A DNA stretch of 64,000 nt from positions 124,001 through 188,000 of the forward strand of contig JAPETS010000008.1 of the NCBI GenBank assembly GCA_026023565.1, written 5' to 3'. The position numbers were made by a program, and so were the translations under genes. Positions 1 through 12,093 of the stretch are shown here, in pieces (positions within the stretch are counted from its first letter, which is position 1; the number at the start of each line of letters is the position of its first letter). The notes below the pieces were generated by a model that was not told where the DNA came from, searched no databases, and worked only from the letters and a program-made list of their open reading frames with translations. Source of the stretch: Cirrosporium novae-zelandiae (Eukaryota).

Positions 1-323
1 GTGGTCGCTAAACATACGATGGCAGGTGGCCCCATTTCCAATGTGTCGGCACTGAATTGACCGCCTTCATACCCCTGTGCCCTGTGCCCTTGTACCTTGT
101 CTGCCTTGTTGATAATTAGATAATTATCCGAGTGCCTCAAAAAACTCTCAAAGAAATTATAATATCAAGAACCCAACTTCCTTCTACTCTACTACTCTCC
201 TCTCCTCTTCTTCCAATCCATTGATCCTGTTAAATAAATAACAATCCTCCATTCTCTTCCGTCTTACCAATATCTCTACTCTATCTGACTAGGTTTTCTC
301 TCTGGTTCCCACAATCCCTCGTC

Positions 324-1827
324 ATGCCCCTCATTCTAGATTCTGCTGAAAGGCCCGATTTCCGAATTGAGCGACGAGAAGAGCACCATGAGGCCGACAT
401 TGTTATCGTCGGTGCTGGTGTTGTTGGCTGTGCATTGGCGACCAACTTTGCTCGTCAGAACCGTTCAGTAATCCTTATCGAACGCTCCTTGAAAGAACCA
501 GATCGTATTGTCGGCGAACTTCTACAGCCAGGTGGAATAAGGTCGTTGGAACAGCTGGGAATGCAGGACTGCCTCGAAGGAATCGATGCCATTCCCTCCA
601 AAGGATATGATGTGATATACTACGGGCAAGAGGCCGACATTCCCTACACCGACCAAAGTCTGCCAAAGGACGCACCTAAGCCAGAGGCAAAGGGGTTCCA
701 TCATGGGAGATTCATTATGAAGTTGCGCGAGGCAGCAATGAAGGAAAAGAACGTGTTGGTGGTCGAGACCACAGCCACTGATCTGGTAAAGGACGATCAT
801 ACCAATCAGATCTTAGGCGTGCAATGTACAACCAAGGGCGAGAATGACTACTACTTCGGCCACCTTACAATCATTGCTGATGGCTATGCGTCGAAATTCC
901 GCAAACAACATTTGCAGCACCAACCCACAGTCAAATCCAAATTCTTTGCCCTGGAGCTCCTTGATGCCGACTTGCCAAATCCCTACCACGGACATGTGAT
1001 TATCAGCGAGCAACCCCCATCTCTGTTTTACCAAATTGGCACTCATGAGACCCGTGCACTCATTGACATCCCCGACGTCCTTCCATGCTGTCCCAACGGC
1101 ATTGGAAACGGGGGCATCAAAGTGCACCTGCGCGATCATGTGACGCCCACTCTCCCTAAGAACCTTCAGCCCTCTTTTCTGGAAGCTCTTGAAAAAGGGA
1201 CTTCCCTTCGCTCAATGCCAAATTCTTTCCTCCCCCCTTCAGTAAATAAGACCAAGGGTATGATCCTAATAGGTGATGCCATGAACATGCGACATCCTTT
1301 GACCGGAGGTGGCATGACTGTTGCGTTTAACGATTGTGTTTTGGTTCGAGATCTCCTAGCACCTGAAAAGGTATCGGATCTTGGAAACACGGATCTCGTT
1401 TTGAAGCAAATGGCTATTTTCCATGAGCAGAGAAAGCACCTAGGCAGTGTGATCAATATTCTGAGCATGGCACTATACAGTCTTTTTGCGGCCGATGGTA
1501 AGCTCGCTCTTTTGCCCATCTTGAATTAGCCACCAACTAACCCTTCTTCGTCATATAGATTATCATCTCAAAGTCCTCCAAAAAGGTTGCTTCAACTATT
1601 TCCTTCTCGGCGGTAACTGCGTCGATGAGCCCGTCGGTCTCCTTTCTGGCGTAATCGCCCGCCGCCTCGTCCTTCTCTACCACTTCTATGCTGTTGCGCT
1701 CCTGAGTATTTGGGTGATGATCAAAGAGGCACCCATATATATGTTTCCGTTCAAGTTTCTTGAGAGTTTTGCAGTCTTCTGGAAAGCCTGTGTAGTCATC
1801 GGTCCATTTATCTGGAGTGAGTTATGA
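324..1827 (+). CDS. ERG1: Squalene epoxidase (squalene monooxygenase), 2 exons: 324-1497, 1559-1827
   Basis: FAD-binding IVGAGVVG, plus DRIVGELLQPGG, FHHGRF and GDAMNMRHPLTGGGMTVA motifs. Intron 1498-1558 (GTAAGC...ACTAAC...TAG) joins in frame to DYHLKVLQKGCFNYF and a hydrophobic C-terminus; stop TGA at 1825-1827. Confidence 0.97.
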
Positions 1828-4800
1828 CCGTGTTCAACTAAACGGAGTTCGGCCAGATAGGAATGGAATAGACCATTCCAGCTTCTTTAATTCACGAAAA
1901 TATGTTAATGGGTACATTTTGTCTTGTTTAACGCACGGTTTCTGGGGCGGAGTAGTGGCGGAGTAGTGCAAGAAACTTTTTTTTTGGACTTCTCAATCCC
2001 ATGCTACCTCTCTCCCTTCCCCCATGTTGATAAATGACTCGTGGAGTTAGTTTTGACTGTCAATACATGGTCGGCGAGGGAAAATAAAGTCAAAAGCAAA
2101 AGAAAGAGTTCTTACGCTTGAATACTAATTAGCCTAATCGACCAGTGTGGGGGTTGTCTATGATTTTCATGATGCACAGATGATGGATGGCAAACGGCAT
2201 GGATACAATACATATACTCAAGAGATAGGGAGCGGAGTGAGAGCAATGACGAAAGGATAATTACTTTCAGGTAACCATGCATCATCCTAGCAGAACTGTA
2301 GGTAGTGGGATGGATGGCTGGGTTTTTTATGTATGTAGCAATTTGATACCCTGGTTTAGAACGAAATTTTATATCTAATCTCCTCTCCCTCTTCTCTCTC
2401 TCCTCATTATTTACTTTGCAACTAATTCATTGAATTGATATTGTAAAAATACCTACCCTATGAAAACTCGATTGAGAACAAGACTGACGATAGCCATCCG
2501 ATAGCCATACAGCGGACAGGCAGTAGTTAATTAATCAGATCATTTACTGCCCAGCCCACCCGTGCCACCCATTAGTTTATGCACATAGACCATATTTCCC
2601 GGCCTCAGCTACCGTAGCTACCGTTCCTTGGCTCCATAATCCCATTCCATCAGGCAAACCATAATTCGAAATAATTCCCGCAAGCAAGCGCCAGGAATGA
2701 ATTAGTTTGGACAGATGGATGTTGCTGCACGTCAGATAGTAAAATACATCAAGGGTCTAAGCTAATTAAGAAAAAAAAAAGCTGGTTGTTTTTGAACATT
2801 TGGGTATTTGCTTTCTAAGGACAAGAATGATCGAAAACAATAGTGTAATGCTGAGGTTCTTTTTTATAATGGAGAGGGGGGTTTGTAGCTATATTATAGT
2901 AAAAGAAGAAAAAGAAAAGAAAAGACGTGAGGAAAATATTATTATTGAGTGAATGAGTGCATAATGTCTCAAATTACTACTGTACGTATTTCTCTAATAC
3001 CTAATATTGACTTGGGTAGGGATACATAATATCATTGAGAGCAGAAATAAAAATGTATCTATATGATGTACAGTACAAAGCAGTGCTGTAACAAGCTCTG
3101 TCACAGTGTGAGATCATACCGTGTATGCTAAATACCAATGGTAATAATACCAAGTACCAATGTGATGATGATTATGATTATGATGACATACATGCACGAG
3201 GCGCACGCACTTATTGTGCAAGTGCCGTCTTGATCCTTGGTCCTTGGCCTCCACAGTAGGAAAGAGAGACAGGGGGTTACATATTTACTATGTAGTATGG
3301 GTGCATGGTGTATGGTTGAATGGAGATAGTTGGCGACGGCCGGTTTGGGTGAAGGATTTGGTTGGCGGGGTTTGGTTACAATACAGTGAAGGAGTAAAAG
3401 GTGATGGTGATGATGATGATGGACGATTGCCTTTATGGGGATAATAGTTTGTTATGATTTTTTTTTATTCTTTTTGAAGTAACAGATGTCTAATACCCTT
3501 TTTGTTATAATTGCACACACATTATTTTTTGCTATTTGGTTTTTTTGATATCAACCATGAGAGATCTAAATGTGTCTTCAAGATCCCTGAGATGTCTTGA
3601 CTCCATCCTTAACATGATAACTATTCGCCCTATAATATACAGTGGTTACTACAATAGCACTGACCAAACAACCCTAATTCTATTATATCCGATTTGTCAA
3701 AAGAAATACCCTCCACCCTTGTATTGTACGATGTGTGTACGGTAGTTAGCTGCTCTCTCCACCAGGAGAAAAAAACCCTCAAAAAAAGAAAGAAAAAATT
3801 TCAATAACCCCATCTATCCTAACCAATCAAATCCTATGTTACCTAGTTAGCAAAAAAAAAGAAGAAGAAGAACCCTCGAAAAGATCTCGGAGGATTCCTA
3901 GGGCCACAATGCTGTATTTAGATACTGGTTACTCTATACCATGATGGTCATTAGTTTCTTTCTAGAGTTATGTGTATAATCCACCCTACGACAAAAGAGA
4001 ATATTCCGATGCCGGGTTTAAGAGAAAAAAGAAAAAAAAGAAAAAAAAAAGAGGCTGCTCTTGGACTTGCTTGGTCTCTGCAAAGTAAAAGTCAAGCAAA
4101 GTCCAACTGCCGCTAGGACCCCACCGTGAAACCTGCCCTTGGCCCTTGGCCACCTATCTCTTATCCATGCTTGTCTTGAACTCGGACTCGCTTGGGCTTT
4201 TTTTTGTTTTTTGGCTTGTTTTGCCGTGAACGCCGTCTTTGTGAACGTGCCAATGAACGTGATTAGTTTAGTTACAGGATGAAATGTTTCTTTCGGCTTT
4301 CTACTTTCTATTGCTTCCCTTGTTCTTTCATTCCTTCTTTGCAGGGTGTCTCGGTGGTTATGTGGGTGATTGAGCCGTCAATGGGCCCCGGCTGGGAGGA
4401 GCAATTGCACCCGAGGATTCGGGATAAATACGGGTGAATGAGGGTTTAAGGGTAAGGGTGAAGGTGAAGGTAGTTTTTTGGGGGGAGTGAAGAATGGAGG
4501 GAGGGAAAGACTATAAAGATAGGGGCAGAATGAGGTCTGTGAGGCTTTATGAGGGGAGAATGAAACATGGGGATGGCTGAACATTGAACATTGGCGGATG
4601 GGGTTTATATTTATGAAGAAATTGCATAGAGTATTCCATTCTGTAATGTTTTTGTTCCCGTTCTGTCTTTTTCAAAACGGAAATGGATGTTGATGATTAG
4701 ATGGAGGATCTTCTCAATAGAAGGATATGCAATAATTCTGATCAATGCCGGAACACGGACAAAATTCACTGATTCGTAGACTCGAGGATGTATAACCCTG

Positions 4801-6307
4801 CGGATGATGCTGGAAGCCGGGAGGTTTGCCTCAAGTCTGGATCGAGGGGTAGGGCTAGAAGGACGGTCGGGAATAATTTGTTTCGGGAAACGAGCTTGCA
4901 AAATATATAGTTAGTTGATATACCTCGATAGTCGGTAAATGCTAGTAGATACTGTACTTGTAGATGAATTGAGAGATGGCTTGTCATCTTACGATTACAT
5001 TAGCCATCAGCTATCATGATATAATATGATATGATTGAAATAGGTACTAGTTAGTCAATTGGGTGTAGGAACCTGTTATACAAAGTCCATTTCGGGGCAT
5101 GCCTTGATATCAATTCGGAATCTTCCCGCGGCTCCGTTAAAGTTTATGAAAAAATCCTTCAACTTCTGTATGTTTTGTTTTGTACAGATACCAACAACTG
5201 TTATTTATGTATTTGGGTAGATATATTATTATTGTTATTATTGTTATTATTATCGCACTGTACAACTATATAAAAGTAATGTGATGGATGATATTTTTGT
5301 CAGTTCTTTTTCTATTCAATTGTATAACAGTAGCTAATTGGTACCCCCTAAAAAGGCGGATAGATTAAAAGAGATTGCTTGTGGGTTAGGGACAACCTAA
5401 GGGTTTAAGGGCTTAGGAGACTACGGAGACCCTAAAAGAGACAATCGCCTCTTGCCATTAGAGTTAGCCTGTCTTTCTCTTACCTTTTTCATCTTTTCGT
5501 CCTTTTTTTCTGTTCTTACCCAAAAAAAAAAGAGAGAAGACTTTTGTTTTCCTATTCCCCCCCCCCCCAATTTACAGACTAGACTATCCTATCTCGCTCA
5601 CCACACAATTTGTTCACTTGGTTTTTCGACCCATCTTTTCTTCGTTCGCACCTCTTCCTCCTCCTCCCACCACTTATCCATCACCTACCAACCCTCACCA
5701 AGTTCGTCAAATCGTAGTGCGCACACTTGGGTTCGGAAAAAGGAAAAAAAAAACCAAAAAAGAAGAAGAATTTTTTATACTGGGCGTTCCCCCTCGGTCT
5801 TCTCGAATTAAACCGTTAATTGTAAGTTGGCTCTATCTGGTTCGTCGACTTATCTTGGAAAAATCTCAACTCGGGATTGGGACGAGGATAACAGCCAGGA
5901 CTACTTGCTTTTTCGCCTGTCTGTCCTTCAGGGTAGATTGGTAGACTCTCTTCCTCGGTGAAAAAAAAAATATATCTTCAATTCACAAATCCCCCAACAC
6001 TTTGACGCGCTGAAGAAAGTTGAACGATATTGGCAGATCCAACACTCTCAACCTTTTTCAATCTTCTCATCCTATCCCCGTTAACATTAGATTTTATTCT
6101 CGCTAACACTTCTTCCGAGCTTTCTTCGCACAGTCTCCCCAACGCCTTCATACCCCAACCAAGGAAAAAAATTCCTGAACCCGCTTGCGCTAAACACACA
6201 CAACCCAAGAGTTTTTGATATCGAAACTCTCTTATCCTCCTCGTATCGATATCTTTAGTGGCTGCTAGGAAGAAAATATTAATATTAATATTTTTGGGAC
6301 CACCACC

Positions 6308-7977
6308 ATGTCGACGTACTACGCAGAACCTCAACATTGGCAAGCTCCAGCGCGTCAGGCATCATGGGAGGGTCAGACTCCACCGTCACGTTCGGGTATG
6401 GTGTTCATAACTTGTTGATTTGTCGATATGAAGTTAGGATGGTGGTGGGGATATGAACAGATTGCTGATTAGATGGTGGGATATAGGGACTAGCTCGACC
6501 GTACAGCAGCGGGAAGAACCAACGGCATTTCAAAGCCAATTTGAAGGTATGAATACTCTTTCTTGGGTTGTTTTTGTCCAAGATCAGAGAGCGAGTGGGC
6601 ATCTTCACTTGTTTGTGGATTGATGATATGGTCACGGATATCTGTGCTTTCCCATACATGCCCTGCCGTTAGACATGGTTAGTTGATTAGCGTGCTAACT
6701 TGCATCAAATAGAGGTTGATCGTGCAGTGGACAACATGGTCAAGAGCGGGAAGGTGTTCGTGCCTGGACCTGGACCTGGACGCAGGGACTCGATGCCACC
6801 TATGGTATCCCCAAGGCCATTTTCAGAATATGGTACGTAAGAAGTAAAGACTGGATGTGATTATTGTTGGCGGATGATAAAGTCGTGATTAAGGAATAAG
6901 CCCTAATATTGTTGTTGTTTAGGTGTCTATCCTCAGCGTCACTCGATCAGTGAATTCGATGCTATGCGTTCCCACTCTGCTTCGAATCTACAGGGCTACT
7001 ATGCTTCCCAGCGCTTTCAAGGCCGTCCCTCGGACGAACATATGATGCAGCAGAAACGCCGCATGGCCGCCCAACGTGAGCGTGAACTCCGTAATTTTCA
7101 CCAAGAGCAGCAGTACAACCGATGTAAGCCGGAATAGTGATTTATGTACTATACCATAGTTTGAGACTAAATCCAAATAGCACTTTTGGCTGAAATGTCC
7201 AACAAGTCCGATCGTTCCTTAAGTCCTGCCGCCCTTAGCGAAGAGGGTCGCCGTGAACTCATTGCCCGTCAACATCGTGCCTTGTATGGTGGCACCGACG
7301 GACCAAGTGGTTACTATGCACCTGGCTATGATGGACAAACCCCTCGTCCTGACAGTCAAAGTGCCAACATTCCTACTTCTGGTCCTGGTGCTCGAGGCCC
7401 TTCTCCTAGAACCGCATTTGATGCCTTTAATAGCCAAGCTGGCAACGGGGAACCGGCTCCTCAGTTCGCCCCTAGCGAGCAGGGCTCCACCCAGCAAGGC
7501 AATGTACCTGGAAGCAATGCTCCCTCCAACCAGCAACAGCGTTCTCGAGCCAACAGCAACTCTTCTCCTTCATCCAATAACAATGTTTTTGGGAGTCAGA
7601 ACCAGCAAAGCCGCACCTCGGCCTCCTCTCCCGGCGAATCCCCACCGCGCCAGGCCACCAAAACTGCAACCGCTCCCATTGGCTCCGGTGTAGCTCCTAT
7701 CGGCACCCGCCCAAGTCAAGGTCAAGCCCCCAACCCAGCTCTTTCAAAGCGGGCAACCACACCTCTCCCCTCCCCACTTGGTCCCGGTTTAGGTTTCGGT
7801 CCTAACGACTTAGCCAGCTCCAACAATCAACGATCCAACTCTTCCGCCTCTAATGCCCCCAACGCGCAAAATGGAAACAAACAAGACAGCTCTTCCAACG
7901 TCGGCCTAGGATGGAGCAACTCGGGTGTTTGGGGTACTAAGGGTACTCTAGGTGTTCAGGCTTCTGTCTGGGGTTAA
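6308..7977 (+). CDS. Conserved filamentous-fungal hypothetical protein, 5 exons: 6308-6395, 6487-6546, 6713-6832, 6923-7123, 7181-7977
   Basis: ATG in a CACCATG context. Four GT-AG introns splice into one open frame: MSTYYAEPQHWQAP...FEEVDRAVDNMVKSGK...QKRRMAAQRERELRNFHQEQQYNR...ELIARQHRALYG...LGVQASVWG*. The C-terminal half is S/N/Q/P-rich and low-complexity. Confidence 0.85.
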
Positions 7978-9415
7978 TTTCCTTACCTTAACTAGAGGTT
8001 GGGTGCCGCCCATATACAGGAAGAATCACTCACGGCGCAAGGGAAAATTTGGGAAACGGGGTAAAGGGGAGTAGGAATACAACTTGGCGTCATCTCCTCA
8101 TCGACTGTCGGAGGAATCTTTTCGCATCGATATACCTCATTAACATTCCACGTGTTCATTCTTCCCGACCTTACCTTATTACCCTCGTCATTTTATCTTT
8201 ACGCTTGGGTTCCTTTTTGTTCCGGATCGGATCGGGATCGTGTGTTCGCAATTTTATGAGTACCCCAACATCAGCGTGTTACGACAATTTTTACAATCAG
8301 CATTGGCGACGGTCATGGCTTGCACTTGGTTATCGGAGTTTTTATTTACCTCATCGAATTATCGTCTCCCTGTTACGTGCCTTCGACTTACGAAATTGGG
8401 ACGGAAATGGTTCTGGTCGCTGCTAGGGTAGGAGTGAGTGGCAAACGTGCAGGTGGGCAGGCAAACAAATCGGCAAATGGAAAGAAGGCGTCTCTTAAAA
8501 AATGTGAAAAATATCAAAATGAAAAGGAATGGTGGAGTCGTCTGTCAAATGTCAAGTGTGCTACAAACATGAAAAAATGAAAATGGATGGACGGGAGGAA
8601 CATTATCAGAACGGTGTATTCATGCGGATGGCTACGGCTAATGGGGCTGGCTATTGCTATGTCAGGGAAATCAAACAATTGGCTTGGTGTTGTCTGTTGT
8701 GATAACGCGTTCGCTGGGATGGGGTGCCGGTGCATTTGCGAGATGGAGCAAAGTTGTGTATGGCTTGGTTTGGCAAGGGGCCATGTGCATCTATGTCTAT
8801 TGTCTAGGGTGCTTGGGCCTGGGAGCATGGGCTTTGCCTTTGATCCTTCAGGCTGTGTCCTTTGGAATATGGGTACGATGCAAAGATGCCATGGTCTGGG
8901 GGGTTTTTTTTTTCTTTATTTCCGTATCTGGGATTCCCTCGGTGTTTTTTTTTCTCTTGTGCATGTCGATGTCTGTGTGCACAAGATGCCCTTAATTTTC
9001 TTACATTTCAATAGGAGGAGGAGATATAGATGATGGGTATTACTATCTCTTATTCATGCTTCCTTCCCTCCACAGAAGAACCCCCTCGCCCTTTTTTTAC
9101 TATTCACCCCTAGTACCCATTACCCATATCATTCATCCTTTTTTCAACACGGGAGTCGGGGCATGGTTGTCGGTTATTTATTGGAACTGGACGGAAAGGT
9201 GGTGTTTTCCTTTTTCCCTTTTTTTTTTTCGGGACCTTGAGGGGTTGGCTGGTAGATAGGGCCGGCATTGCGAGCATGGAGAGTATAGGCAGGCAGGTAC
9301 AGCTGATGGTGTGATTAGTCATTCATAAAGCAAAGCAAATCGTAAATTGATATGATACACATAAGATGGACTTTTTGTCATTATCTGTAGTGATGGAAGA
9401 TGGGTAGATTGAGTA

Positions 9416-9434
9416 GGGGGGGGGGGGGGGGGGG
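9416..9434 (+). repeat. Poly-G tract (19 G)
   Basis: Read directly from the sequence. Confidence 0.95.
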
Positions 9435-9607
9435 TATTTCTCCTACTAAGCATGTGATTAGGTAGGGGGAAGAGAGATCATCTACTTTATTAATATAACC
9501 ACAAAGATAAGTGCTGGATACATTTTATTCTATAATAATCCATCTCAAGCTATCAAGAAAAGAAAAGAAAAAATCCTCCAAAGCCAAAGAAATCATCTGT
9601 CATGTAT

Positions 9608-9935
9608 ATACCCGCATAACACCTTGTGCTCCAACCCAGAAACCCAACAGGTTGTGAGCCATGCTGGCTCAACCAGATAGGATCGAGACCGAGTTTGCTT
9701 GAGAAGCATGAAAAGAGCACAAGGTGTGTTCAAGTCCGATCAGAGAGACAAGGAGCTTGTCTATGCCCGCAGTGTGATTTCTCAGAGCTGAGACCTGCGG
9801 GGGGGGTATCTGGTTGGAGTGATCCTGCGAGGGGTTTGAAGGTTAGGGAATATTCCTGGAAGTCTGACCTTGCCTAGCCTAGCTCTGAAGAGGGGTGTGG
9901 AAGGCAGATTGGAATAAGAACCCATCACACCTATA
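9608..9935 (+). ncRNA. Unidentified highly base-paired intergenic element (candidate structured RNA)
   Basis: Perfect 13-bp inverted repeat 9619-9631/9715-9727, several nested hairpins and a 10-bp long-range complement 9670-9679/9807-9816. No known RNA family motif recognised. Confidence 0.3.
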
Positions 9936-10608
9936 CACCTGTTATATTGCAGTAATCAATGCTTATGTACACCACGTACCTTAAGAATGAGATAGGAGGT
10001 CCATGAAGTCAATCAAGTATGCTTACCCCAAAAAGTGAGATTCTGTATTGTATTTAGGTAATTACACATGTATGTATGTATACAAGCCAAACACCCTCTC
10101 GAACATACAAATAATGTAATAATATTTTATCAAAACATTAACAAAAAGACGATGTTCTATCATCACTACTGATGATTGATTAATTCATTGATTGATGGGT
10201 ATTTTCCCAGGCCACTAAAACCCCCCAACTCCAACTTCTCCAGTCACGTGTTTACCAGGTACTCCTCCTCGTTCTCCTCACCGCCTTTCAAAAAAGATTT
10301 TCTGCCGGCAAAACTGGAAGAGCTTTCCTTAGACCTGCGTCGGTTGGCGGGTGAGGGCTGCATGCTTCTTTATATATCTATGCCTGCACCTTGTATGGTA
10401 TAGTACATTTTCTCTATGAATTTCCTCTCATTCCATTCATTCATTCATTGCCTGTTGAAAAGAGAGAGAGAGAAAGTGAGAGAGAAGGAATGAAAAAGGG
10501 AGAATGTAATGAATTATTTTTATCAAAAAAACTTCAATTTGTAACATTACTCCAATACCACACACAAACAACCATTCGTTCACTACCACCCACCCACCCA
10601 CCCAAAAA

Positions 10609-11865
10609 ATGGCAACACCCTCCACCCTAACATTCATCCCCCGCGCGGCCTTCCCCCCGCTTTCTTCCTCGATACCACGCGCCTACTTCCTAGGCCACCA
10701 CCGCGCGGGCCTGCAGAAGATGAAGAGCATGACCTCGCTCATTGACCTGGTTATCGAGTGCCGCGATGCGCGGATCCCGGTCACGGGCCGCAACGAAATG
10801 TTCGAGGAGAGTTTGGGGGGGAAGCCTAGGCTGGTTGTTTATACAAAGGGTGACTTGATGGGCGGTGGTGAGGGGGCTCGGAAGGTGGGTTTTGCTTTTT
10901 TTTTTGTTTTTGTGTTCGTTTGTTTGGTTATTGAAATGTTGTATTTATATTGACATATCCATTCATCCTTGCTTTCTGCCTTCCCTTCTTTCCCTCCATC
11001 GATTAGACTAACCCCAACCCCCTCCCCCCCTTTCCACACTCCCCAGACCGAACAAACAATCCGCCAATGGGATTCCCCAACCCCAACCCTCTTCTCCTCA
11101 AACACCTCCCGCCCCTCAACCCGCCGCATCCTAAACTTCGCCCGCGCCCACTCCACCCGCACCTCCGCCCTCACCGGCACCCGCATGCTCGTCGTCGGCA
11201 TGCCCAACGTCGGAAAATCAACCCTTCTCAACTCCCTTCGAAACCTAAGCCTCCACAAACGGAAGGCCGCCGCCACGGGCGCCCAGCCCGGTATCACTCG
11301 AAAGGTGGGCACCAGTGTGAAGATTATTGAGGGGGAGGAAGGGAGAGGGGCTGTGTATCTGTTGGATACGCCGGGGGTGTTTGTTCCGTATGTGCCGGAT
11401 GCGGAGAGTATGTTGAAGCTGGCGCTTTGTGGGAATGTTAAGGATACTATTGTGCCGCCGACGGTGTTGGCGGATTATTTGCTGTTTCGGATGAATCTGA
11501 GTTTTGGGACTGTGGGAAGTGGGAGCGGAGTTGAAGGTAGAGGAGAAGGAGAAACGTGCTTCTACGCGCAGTACGCGGAGCCGACGAACGATGTTATGGT
11601 TTTGCTGGACGGGATCGCCCGACGCACGGGTCGGCTACGTAAAGGAGGCGAGCCGGATTTCGAGGCCGCCGCGCTCTGGTTCATTCAGAGGTGGAGGATG
11701 GGGCTTCTGGGCAAGTTTTTGCTGGATGATGTTAGTGAGGGGGCGTTGGAGAGGAGGAAGGCTGAGCTGAAGGCTTATGGGGGTAGTATGAATCAGGCTA
11801 TTAAGGCTGCTAAGGAGTTGAGGAAGCAGCGGGCGCTGATGAAAAGGAATGCAGATGCTGGATGA
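10609..11865 (+). CDS. MTG1: Mitochondrial ribosome-assembly GTPase 1 (RbgA/YlqF family), 2 exons: 10609-10884, 11047-11865
   Basis: YFLGHHRAGL and IDLVIECRDARIP N-terminal motifs; circularly permuted G4 (TKGD), G1 VGMPNVGKSTL, G2 PGITR, G3 LLDTPGV. Phase-0 intron 10885-11046 (GTGGGT...ACTAAC...CAG). Confidence 0.93.
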
Positions 11866-12093
11866 ATTATATATATTTTTTGGAATTTTTTGTTTGTGTT
11901 TTGTGGGAGGGGGGTTTTTTTTTCTCTCTTGTGGCATAGATAATGAATGTTTGATTTTCCATTTTTCATTTCTGTCAAAAAGAAGAAGAAAGAGAAAAAA
12001 AAACGCCTTTTTCGCTATGCGGGTAAATCGTAATAAGTAATCACATGGTATCTCAAGTGGTATAGAATCAATGTTTCTTGGCTGCTGGTGTTT

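Noticed and set aside
11..20. Sterol-response element (AACATACGAT) upstream of ERG1
   Set aside because: Single imperfect short match at the window edge; could be chance.
5383..5391. Telomerase RNA template (CCCTAACCC on the minus strand)
   Set aside because: Only 9 nt, not the TAACCCTAA register reported for Pezizomycotina, and no pseudoknot or CR4/5 features were recognised.
7978..9330. Overlapping 60-150 aa ORFs downstream of the conserved hypothetical gene
   Set aside because: Low-complexity, T/G-rich sequence typical of a long 3' UTR, with no coherent coding frame.
9780..9940. TPP riboswitch (CTGAGA...TGCGAGGG) or snR30/U17 (ATATTCCT) identity for the structured element
   Set aside because: The TPP core CTTGATC/GGATAATACC is missing. 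The snR30 m2 motif AAACCAT and its spacing to ACA are not matched, and the m1-like bases appear to be paired.
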